Source: Priapulus caudatus
Taxonomy: Eukaryota
Direction of reading: 5' to 3'
NCBI RefSeq assembly: GCF_000485595.1
Contig: NW_014577067.1
Coordinates: forward strand, 777,919 to 797,918
Length of the DNA stretch: 20,000 nt
Shown: positions 11,007 through 20,000 of the stretch, piece by piece
How positions within the stretch are numbered: position 1 is the first letter of the stretch
Layout of the letters: each line of letters opens with the position of its first letter
Made by a program: the position numbers and the translations under genes
The notes under the pieces: generated by a model
The model's input: the letters and a program-made list of their open reading frames with translations, nothing else
What the model was told of the DNA's origin: nothing
The model's database searches: none

Positions 11007-11465
11007 CAGTTTTCTCTTTCTTGTGGGTTTTAAGCTAACGCGCAGTGAAATGGGAGCAACTAGAGTTTATTTTGTCATAAGGTAATGTGATTATGCATGA
11101 CACGAAGTATTTGCTAGTCGAGTACTGGAGAAATTAGCATTTGGATGAGCATTGTGCGGCTTTAACTTATACAAAGCTTATACAAAGCTTACCCATAACT
11201 TATTCGACGTACGCCAGCGTATTCACCAAATTTTTCATACGTCGGTATACGCTGGCTTTCGTTGGTAAGTCGTCAAGGTGTGACAGGGCCATAACAGGCA
11301 GTTTTAAGATGCTCCTTGGCGAGTCGCTCTCGCGCTCGTGATCTCGCAGCCCCAGCGTGCTAACCCCGCCGGCAGTGACAACGCGCTACGTACCGTGGTT
11401 CGGGCCCCGGCGTCGCACGTGGGAAGTATAATGAATGACAAACTTCTTTATTCGTGCCCGGGCGG

Positions 11466-11521
11466 ATCGTGACGCGCCGCCAACGCAGCACCGGCAACCG
11501 GACTTGCGACTAACTATAAAA
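11466..11521 (+). promoter_or_regulatory. Gene B promoter: TATA box plus motifs shared with gene A
   Basis: ATCGTGAC (11466-11473), CGCCAACGCA (11478-11487), GGACTTGCG (11500-11508), TATAAAA (11515-11521) in a GC/CpG-rich patch. Confidence 0.75.
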
Positions 11522-11544
11522 GACGAAGCCGGCGCGGAGAGAGA

Positions 11545-11612
11545 CACACGCAGCGAAGACAGAGCTTAAGCAAGATAGTAGAAGCAGCCGCATATTTCTG
11601 TCACCAAGTTGA
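11545..11612 (+). other. Gene B putative non-coding exon 1 (TSS approximate)
   Basis: Starts about 30 nt after TATA; donor GTGAGT at 11613 followed by an abrupt switch to AT-rich sequence. Confidence 0.65.
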
Positions 11613-11664
11613 GTGAGTACAGTATTCAGTGCTTTTATATACATATTTACTTTATATAGGTATA

Positions 11665-11699
<35 letters not shown>

Positions 11700-12151
11700 C
11701 AAGACTTAATAATACCTATTATAGGTATTATTAGCTCTTGATAATATTGAACTAATTCCTGAACATACCGTTATATATTTTTGTAATAACTATAAATTAG
11801 CCATTGAAATCGAATGAAAAACGTAGGTTAGGATAATTGCTTAAGATGGAAAACTCTAGTAGACATGAATATATATATTGATCTGCTGATTATATATTCT
11901 GATATTATAATAAGTCTGCTTTGTAAATTAATCATTGATTTTAGTCATCTTTAACACTTGAAGGCACTCGGAATTGTCTTGCAAATCACATCAAACAGTA
12001 TATTTATACATCGCGATGATAACCTTGACGGCCTTAACGCCAGATGCAAATAATTATTGTATTTCCCGCAATTTGCTCCATGCGTGCCGAGGTTCACGCT
12101 TCATCTAAACTGGCTCTTGCTTGTTTGATGCACGCGGCCAGTGCGTCTCGT

Positions 12152-12457
12152 AGCCTAGCGCAGACCTGCGACTTTTTCATGCAACTCGACAGCGATTATA
12201 GAATCGCTGTAAAATTGCTGTGAAATCGGTACGTCTGCGGGAACGTGCAACTGCAACCCGTAGTGATTCTGGTCGCTTGCGACGAGTTGCAAGAAACCAA
12301 TCTGTTTTGATTTTGAGCGACTCGTCCTCTCAATCGCTCCCAAATTGCTATAGAATTGCTTCGAAATCGAGCGCACACGCGGTGACACATCGACCGATCG
12401 CTTGCGGTTGCAGGTTGCAGCGACGATCAACCAAAAATCGCAGTTCTGCGCAAGGCT
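12152..12457. mobile_element. 306-bp TIR element (possibly PIF/Harbinger-like MITE) in intron 1 of gene B
   Basis: agcctagcgcagacctgcgactttt / aaaaatcgcagttctgcgcaaggct (25 bp, 3 mismatches); no clean TSD. Confidence 0.65.
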
Positions 12458-12964
12458 CAGTGATCAGTTTGAATGTAGGAAAAATCCGCGTGTGAATGCT
12501 GATGAGGGATGCGACGCTAGAGGGGAATTTTCCCCATTGACGCGTTTACCATCGTATTCATTTTGCTTTGATGTTGAGCTTGTGAACAAGAACAGCGGTC
12601 ATTATCACTTTCGATGATGTGAAAATTCGACATTGCGTAACCATTCAGTCCTATCATATACTTACTGTGCGTGTGGGCAGGATGGGATCAGATAGGTTAG
12701 GTTTATTACGTGGTCTACATAGTTCATTTCCTGAAATGATTCTATAAGAGACTGCCATGCTATGATAATTACCCAGTTAGGTCACGTAATCATGCCCCGC
12801 CTCTTAGGAATTTGTGCAGGTCACGGCCATGGAATAGTTATACATTTATTATAAGGTCATATTACGAAGTGCAATGAAGAGCCAGTTGGGCGCAAACGAA
12901 TCGTACGCTGATAGTTTACTTCGTTATTTTGCAGGTCGCTATTGCCAGCCTCTAAGCCAGTAAG

Positions 12965-12997
12965 ATGAGGGTTCTGCTATGTTTCGCCTTGCTTGTG
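12965..12997 (+). CDS. Gene B, first coding exon (MRVLLCFALLV); whole exon 12935..12997
   Basis: Acceptor ttattttgcAG at 12933-12934, aagATGa start at 12965, 11 mostly hydrophobic codons, donor GTAAGA at 12998. Confidence 0.85.
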
Positions 12998-13369
12998 GTA
13001 AGATTGTCTTATTACATGACGCCATTTATTAGCCGGCATCGAAAACCAACATGTAATCATAATCTAATCTAACACCGAGACATATATCTCCGAACAGACA
13101 TTTGTTTTTACTCATCAATAATTATAGTAGGTGCTACAATAGTGCATTTCATTATATAACTTGAATTAATTGAATCGAATTAATTATTTATTAATAATTA
13201 TATTTTTACTTATTCATTTAATGATTATATTGATTATTAATCTATTTACTAATTATATCGATTAATATTCGTTTAATATAAATTTTTTATAAATCATACA
13301 TGTACTAATTACCATTATTAATCACGCATTGAAAAAACTTCCTGCTATATACTCCATGTTTTTCTCCAG

Positions 13370-13651
13370 CTCGTCATTGGGGCCTACGCAGGAGGTGACT
13401 ACCACCGTAGATCATACCGACCCTATCGCTCCTCCCGTTACGTCGCCCAGCCTCGCAGATACGACAACGTCGACTCGTACCGCGGATCGTACGACACCGG
13501 CCGCTACCACAGTGATTACCCTGTGTACCCGCCCAAGAGATACAACGGAAGGAGAAAGAGTTACCGCCCCAGAAGAAAATACTACGCTCCACGCCCACGC
13601 TACAACTCTTACCACAAACAACAAAACCGCTACCGCTCCGGGCGTTACTGA
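13370..13651 (+). CDS. Gene B, last coding exon: small secreted Arg/Tyr-rich basic protein (spliced product 104 aa)
   Basis: Acceptor tttttctccAG at 13368-13369. Frame reads LVIGAYA|GGDYHRRSYRPYRSSRYVAQPRRYDNVDSYRGSYDTGRYHSDYPVYPPKRYNGRRKSYRPRRKYYAPRPRYNSYHKQQNRYRSGRY, TGA at 13649-13651. This frame is absent from the ORF track. Confidence 0.88.
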   Translation, partial: LVIGAYAGGDYHRRSYRPYRSSRYVAQPRRYDNVDSYRGSYDTGRYHSDYPVYPPKRYNGRRKSYRPRRKYYAPRPRYNSYHKQQNRYRSGRY

Positions 13652-14580
13652 ACGATGTAAACCCTACATAGACCCTGAACAGATATATCGACCCATCCAC
13701 TACAGTCTTACGATTTCGGAAATATCTAGGCTCTATATAGACAGATAGACCCCTCCAACTACTACCATAGTTTCACGCATTCCTAAGAGATGCCACAGGC
13801 GCCTCTCATGTGTACATTTCATGATGGTTAACGGGTTTCGACTTACGTTTCTTTTTGAAGCCTCGTTTGGGATGGATCTAACTGGTTGGAGTGATTGCGA
13901 GGCACCGCTAGCCAATCACTGTTGCCATAGGGGCGTTCTAAAACGCTGCTTATTAACGAAGTGCCGCCAAGTTGACTAATTAGCGTGCACGCGTCAACAC
14001 CACGTGCAATCTGAGTTAGCTTGACTCACTCACTTAGCAACAAGGATGGTGCGAGTATCTCGCTCAGACAGATAGGTCAGTTAGTTATAGACACGTTTAG
14101 AAGTTTATTCGAGTTGTTTCTAACCATTTCTTATTGTGATATGAAGATTGTTATTAATCCTCGTTGATAGATCGTGTAGAAAGAATTATTCTCTACACGT
14201 GATTTTCATATACGTATATGGCAAAAGCAGATAGGCCAACATTAAAATACAGTTCCATTAGAGAAGAATTAGTTTAGAGACCGAGTATATATCTAGATTT
14301 GTGTCAATTTCTATCAAGCTCTGAATAAACAAGATTTATCGCAAGAATTTAGTGTTGTTGTACATGTATACATTTATCGATTCTAAAGTTCCTCGTCTCA
14401 GTTTTCCCAAATTCCCTGCGTTGTGGCAGGATAGCCTACAGAGGCTCATATCTATGCGCGTGCATACACAGTGTATGTCATAAGAAATACTATTTTGTCC
14501 AAAGTATAGCTCTTTCACTTTCGCTCTCTCTCCCTCTCTTTCTCTTGCTCGCTCATATACTATCCATGCGTGGACACCGT

Positions 14581-14585
14581 TCTCT

Positions 14586-14622
<37 letters not shown>
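14581..14622. repeat. (CT)n microsatellite
   Basis: Seen directly. Confidence 0.95.
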
Positions 14623-14626
<4 letters not shown>

Positions 14627-14661
14627 TTATATGCGAAATCCGTATGACCAGTGAAAGATTC

Positions 14662-14750
14662 GAATAAACATGTTTCACATTAAATTACTTTGAATAAACA
14701 TATTTCATATCAAATTACTTTGATTAGACATGTTTTATATGAAATTACTG
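14662..14750 (+). repeat. Three 30-bp tandem units, two carrying AATAAA
   Basis: gaataaacatgtttcacattaaattacttt and variants at 14662, 14692 and 14722. Confidence 0.85.
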
Positions 14751-14998
14751 ATCGGGGTTACGCTCAGTATACGTTCTTAAAATTAATAAAATATGATAAA
14801 AGTTGGACATGTATTTACACTTGCATATATCACATAGGATACACATCGCCACCTATTGGCTGAATTAAATTTTATTCCTGTTACCCCAGATGGGGAAAGA
14901 ATCTTTAGCTTGAAAAGGACCGCTGACAGATTAAAGGACTGCTGAAGATGACCTCATTATTGAACTTACAAATATAATTAAGAAATACCTGCCCTTAA

Positions 14999-15920
14999 GG
15001 CATGCACTAGGCATAAGCTCATCTATATCTGGCCGTCTCCTGTGCTAGCGCATCGTCTGAAATTCTGAATTCGTTTACAAGACTAAGCTCTAGGTTTGCA
15101 CATGGCCAATAACTGCCAAATGGCATCGTATTATGTTGGAATAATACTTTTAAAACAGAGAGGGGGATATACGACTGTAGGCTAGTATAATAATTTTCAA
15201 TCACAAGGTCTCCGTTAAATAAGGGGAGGAAGCCCTAGCTTGAAGATTAGTCCAGAAATCCTATATGATGAAGCTTTAGCTTAAATGGTACACACGACAG
15301 ATTCATGGTCGCCATGATGCTTTTACTACTTTATACACGTATTATTTGGCGAGGTGTCTTAACTGAATTTACATGTATAATTTAAGTGAGAGGGCATATT
15401 ACTCTATAAGCTGATGTGATAAGTTTTTTTTTATCACGGGATCTCAGTTAAACAAAGGGATGAAGCCCTCATGTTGAAGATTCATGCTGGACATGCTTTC
15501 TTTACTTAGCGACCTTACATTTACAGTTTTAATAAAATACTCGTTTTCATGCAGGCATGCACTAGCCATGTGTGAACCCATATCTAACCGTCTACTATAT
15601 TAGCTAATCTTCTTAGATTTTGCTCATGTTTAATAGGCTAAGAAGGGGGCTTGCGCATGCGCATTAGCTGCGAAATACGATAGGTTTCTTTTGGAATTGT
15701 AGGTTCCAAATGGAATTGGAATTGGAATTGTAGGTAAGAAAAGGGGATATAACTGAGTATGAGTAAAGTATCTCGGTTAAACAAGGGGATGGAGCCCTAG
15801 CTTGAAGGTAACCCCCGACAGATTCATGGTCGTTATAATTTCTAGAAAATTAGGTAGAAAATTTAGTCTTTCCCGCAAGTACTAGCCATGACCCCACATC
15901 TGACCGTCTGCTGTGTTAGC
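14999..15920. repeat. Degenerate, partly rearranged tandem duplications
   Basis: actag(g/c)cat...atct..ccgtct blocks near 14999, 15554, 15879; gttaaa.aa.ggga...agccct...ttgaag blocks near 15214, 15446, 15776. Confidence 0.7.
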
Positions 15921-15959
15921 TTGCCTTATATTTTTTAACGTTTACCACGCCTAGATCTT

Positions 15960-16735
15960 TTCACTTTGCTCGCAGCATCGCGCCACGATTTCCAGCTATG
16001 CTAATGTACACGAAAAAGGCGCTCCGACGTCGGTCGCCGTTGACTGCCAAGATAATTTTCTTCTGCCGTTCTTATACGTTCAAACCGGAGCCGGGCATGC
16101 TGACAGCACGTGTGCTTGGTAAAATCCGATCTATAATATTCACTTTGCTCGCAGCATTACGCCCTGGGTACCCCGCTATACCAATATTAATGTACGTGCA
16201 GATGGCGCTCGTACGTCGGTCACCGTTGATTGCTAAGAGAATTTTCTTCGGCCGTTCTCATATACGTTCAAACTCGTCTCGCGGGCGGGCCGACGGCATG
16301 TGTGCATGGTAAAATCTCATCTACATGCTTCACTCTGCTCGCAGCATCGCGCCACGATTCCCAGCTATGCTAATCTACACGAAAGAGGCGCTCCGACGTC
16401 GGTCGCGTTGACTGCCAATATAACTTTCTTCGGCCGTTTTTTTACGTTCAAACTGGAGCCGGGCAGGCTGACAACGCGTGTGCTTAGTAAAATCCGATAT
16501 ATAATATTCACTTTGCTCGCAGCATCATGCCCTTGGTTCCCCTCAATGCCGATATTAATGTACGTGCAGATAGCGCTCGTGCGTCGGTCACCGTTGACTG
16601 CCAAAAGAATTTTCTTTGGCCGTTCTCATACGTTCAAACTAGTCGCGGGCGAGCCGACGGCCCCTGTGCATGGTAAAATCTCATCGACATGCTTCACTTT
16701 GCTCGCAGCATCGCGCCACGATTCCCAGCTTTGCT
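15960..16735. repeat. Satellite of 178-190 bp monomers arranged as A/B dimers
   Basis: cact(t/c)tgctcgcagcat at 15962, 16141, 16331, 16509 and 16695; alternate units are more alike. Confidence 0.92.
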
Positions 16736-18348
16736 AAAACATGTATTAAAGATAACGGGAAATTTATCACGGGAAACATTTGTCGCGCTACAAAGAAAGT
16801 GCTATATAATGTCATCTTAAACAGATCTCCAGATCTCTATCTAAATATCTAATGATGTCAGATGTGTTTAATGTATACGCAGGTGTAAAAACGTTTGCAC
16901 ATGCAGTAATAACTACACGGACACAGCTATACACGTTGTCGTATTAACAGTTTTCTATTATATGATTAATTAATTGTACTGTATAATTAATTATACTAAG
17001 TAATACATTTTATTTGTTTTAAATGTACCTGAGATGAATAATGGATAATAACACTGTTTTATGCAAAAGTATACATTTTATACGACCAAGTCTAATGTAT
17101 GGAATAATGGTATTATTCACGAGAAACAACACAAACAAGATAATTCATGAAATCGAATCAATTAAATCTCTGTATACGTTTATTGGTCACATGTAGATTA
17201 TTCGGTGATTATTACGAGCCGGGTACGTCTAGCCTTGAGCATCGCAGAATAATCGGCTTAGTCATGGCTTGTGATAATATCCTCAGTCTGCGGAATTTAT
17301 GCGTGCGCTCATGAATTATGATCTTGGCAGTCGACGGCGACCGACGTCGGAGCGCCTCTTTCGTGTAGATTGGACGGAGTATGGATTTTCAGTGTATAAT
17401 TTTGTGAATTTATCTATATAATTTGCGCACACACCTTTACTAGATCAACTTCCAGAAGGCAGAAAACAACAACAACCGTTGCATGACATTTTATTTTATT
17501 TGTGGGTTATTGTACAAATAAAACAATAGAAAGCTGTCACATAGCCTAGGTCCAATTACCGCTTTCGAATTGCTACAGCTAGGGTAATGCAATGTCCTAT
17601 ATTCTAGGCAAAACGTCTTATGTCAGACTAGTTCTCGGAAAAATGAAAATAGAAAAAACACACTTGTCGCACACTTGAATAAATAATCAAGGTGCCCTGG
17701 CCCCCACCTACATACTGAATTCAAGACTTTAATTACTTCAAATCATGTCGGTGTGAGACACGGGATTCACGGATTTATATCTCACATCGCATATTCAAAT
17801 ATCATTTCACTGGACGTGGGGTATTTTGGAATGGCGTCAAGGTATAACATTAACATTGGGTTTAATTTATGTCCATAATCTATACATTATAGTAACAATA
17901 ATCACGACTATTTGAACAAATTAAACGACCGATCTCCACATTTCAAAAGCTAAACAAAAATATTTAATATATTACGAGAAATATTGGAAGTTTTAAACAA
18001 TTCACGTAATCACAAATTAAGCCAGACCTTATATTACTGAGTGAACTTCTATTACTGTTCCTACATTCCCCCCATTGCAGGATGACACGTCGAAACTACT
18101 TACGAGGTTTCTGACAATAGCCGCTTGGTTAGTGTTAGCTATTTGTGTTCCTGAATTGTTGTTTCAGAGGAAATATATGGTTCCGTCCTTATGCTAGGAT
18201 GACATAAAAAAAGACGCCAATATATAGTTAAAGCGTGCCATCAGTATGTTTGTAGATAATTTGTGTACAATCACAATACAATCTTCATATTGGTGTAATT
18301 ATTGACTCACATCAGTGGACTCCTACGCATAACACTTTTATAAACGAA

Positions 18349-18376
18349 CTAGCGGAATACCCGGCGTTGCCCGGGG
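18349..18376 (-). mobile_element. Helitron-like 3' terminus (5' end not located)
   Basis: Minus strand: ccgggcaacgccggg hairpin, tattccg spacer, CTAG|T. Confidence 0.6.
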
Positions 18377-18424
18377 AAATCAGTGGTGTTACTCAGTTGG
18401 TGACCGCTTGGTTGGAAAAAATCT

Positions 18425-18708
18425 AACTATCTATCTATCCATGCATCCATTCATGAATCCATCCATCCATTCTATTCCATGCCATGCCATGCCATCCCAT
18501 CCCATCCCATTGCACCGCATCCCATCCCATGCCATCCCATGACATCCCATGCCATGATATGCCATGCCATCCCATGCCATGCCATGCCATCCCATCGCAC
18601 CGCATCCCATCCCATGCCATCCCATCCCATCCCATTCCATCCCATCCAATCTCATGCCATGCCATCCCATCCCATGCCATCCCATCCCATCCCATCCCAT
18701 CCCATCCC
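18425..18708. repeat. (CCATC/CCATG)n pentamer microsatellite preceded by CTAT/CCAT tetramers
   Basis: Seen directly. Confidence 0.95.
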
Positions 18709-19084
18709 AAACAGTAAAAAACAATGAGAAATCAAAAGCTTAAACTCTTCATTCAATTACTACTATTCATTACTACAGTCGCACCCCGTTTGCACGAAAC
18801 TGACGGGCCAAAGAAAAATAATCGTATGAAGCGGTTTCCGTATATTATTTACGGATATTATCTCCGTATATATATATATATTAGCCTGAATTTGAAGAGA
18901 AAAACAATGGATAGAAGGTGTATACAAAGTGTTTTTTATAGAAATAAAAATACCGGGACAGAAAATTTTATGTTAGTAACAGGATCCTTGTATTATTGTC
19001 TTCGTATCAAGTCAATATTTTACTAAAAGATTACTATGAATCGGGCCGGGATTTAGAGAAATCATCGTAGTCTCATCAGCGTAA

Positions 19085-19663
19085 CGAGCGAATATGGCCG
19101 CCGGAGGCGGCCATTCCGCGAGTATATATAAAGTTGTTCAGCCGAATTAGTTCGTACTCGCATAACTAGAGAACTCCGCAGCCTAGAGGAAAACTAACGA
19201 TATTTTCAGAATCAGCACGTCTGGGAGGTGGTTCTGGCTGAAACAAAAATTTTAACAAGTTAAAAAGTTAAAAATTCATAAAAATTATATTCATCAATAG
19301 ATGGCGGTGCGTGCAGATTAAAACATCACGTACGTGTGAATCCATTGTGTATACACTTAACGTCGCACTGGTATAATCGATAGAACATCCGTCTCCTACA
19401 CCGGGATTCCGGGTTCGAATCCCAGCTGGGGAACATATTTTCCCATTTCCCCTTTAGTATGTATTATTTGTAATTTCTTACTTTTTTATTTTTATTTTTT
19501 ATTTTTAATGTTTTTTATCTTTTAAATTGTTCACAAATAGATACAATTACTGTATAGGTTTATATGTATAATTAAGAACTTTAGTAGCGTTTGCAAGGTA
19601 TTTTAAAACGTATAGCCGGACACACACACACACAGACAGAAATTCCCCAATTTATAGTAAAGA
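19085..19663 (-). mobile_element. Non-autonomous Helitron-like element nested in the TIR element
   Basis: Minus 5' A|TCtttactataaa...ctgtctgtgtgtgt; 3' 9-bp GC hairpin atggccgcc-gga-ggcggccat (19094-19114) then CTCG|T, a variant of CTRR. Confidence 0.6.
19362..19432 (+). pseudogene. tRNA-derived fragment inside the Helitron-like element
   Basis: A-box-like tggtataatcg, B box ggttcgaatcc in a ccggg/cccag T-arm; acceptor stem does not pair. Confidence 0.55.
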
Positions 19664-19914
19664 TAAACCTATATAAAATACCTTGTACACACCTTGTAAT
19701 CCATAATTTTTCTTTTATATTAGCCCCGAATTAACTTGTTGAAGTGGTTAATACGAAACCCGCTTAATACAATTATTTTTCTTTGGCCCGTCAGTTTTCT
19801 ACTCACGGGGTTTGACTGTAGTAATGATTCTTGGAAAAGTGTAGGCAAACGCTTCGCAGTAATGGTTTATATCCTCCGCACGTAGTGTAGCGGAACGTAT
19901 TGTTTTCGCGCCGT

Positions 19915-19916
19915 TT

Positions 19917-20000
<84 letters not shown>
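19915..20000. repeat. (GT)n microsatellite running off the window end
   Basis: Seen directly. Confidence 0.97.

Larger units (their letters stand above)
18776..19818. mobile_element. Tc1/pogo-like non-autonomous element with ~70-bp imperfect TIRs and TA TSD
   Basis: ta|cagtc...ccccgt...aaactgacgggccaaagaaaaataat is mirrored at about 19751-19818 ending gactg|ta. Confidence 0.8.

Noticed and set aside
10559..11085. Cys/Val/Arg-rich ORFs
   Set aside because: Arise from the minisatellite, and some cross an N gap.
13329..13748. 139-aa Thr-rich mucin-like ORF
   Set aside because: Non-ATG start in intronic sequence; the acceptor at 13369 and phase-0 donor select a different frame, and TAC codons read as Thr when shifted.
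15998..16852. ORFs in the satellite
   Set aside because: Unit lengths are mostly not multiples of 3 and frames are not conserved between units.
18431..18727. GMGWD and PSHPI repeat ORFs
   Set aside because: Pentamer microsatellite, open in several frames on both strands.
19362..19432. Functional tRNA gene
   Set aside because: Acceptor stem does not pair and the anticodon arm is irregular; it lies within a transposon.

Overview
Eukaryotic (animal, probably lophotrochozoan-type; inferred from repeat styles only) genomic DNA with two N gaps (134-201, 10611-10635). The core is a head-to-head pair of three-exon genes for secreted low-complexity Tyr/Arg-rich proteins that the ORF track misses or truncates. 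Gene A (minus; join 7337..7305, 6406..4991; 482 aa) is a charge-blocked protein: signal peptide, Asp/Gly/Phe repeats, His/Asp repeats, RG tract and a basic Arg/Tyr/Ser tail. Gene B (plus; join 12965..12997, 13370..13651; 104 aa) has an 86-aa mature peptide with 20 Arg and 18 Tyr. Both have a non-coding exon 1, an 11-codon exon 2, a phase-0 intron inside an 18-aa signal peptide, and collinear promoter motifs (ATCGTGAC, CGCCAACGCA, GGACT(T)GCG, TATAAA). This looks like a co-regulated extracellular biomaterial (adhesive, tube, cuticle or shell matrix) gene pair; function is inferred. The rest is non-autonomous DNA transposons (HINE/Helentron-like, Kolobok-like, Tc1/pogo-like, Helitron-like, tiny 8-bp-TSD MITE), a dimeric ~180-bp satellite and microsatellites.
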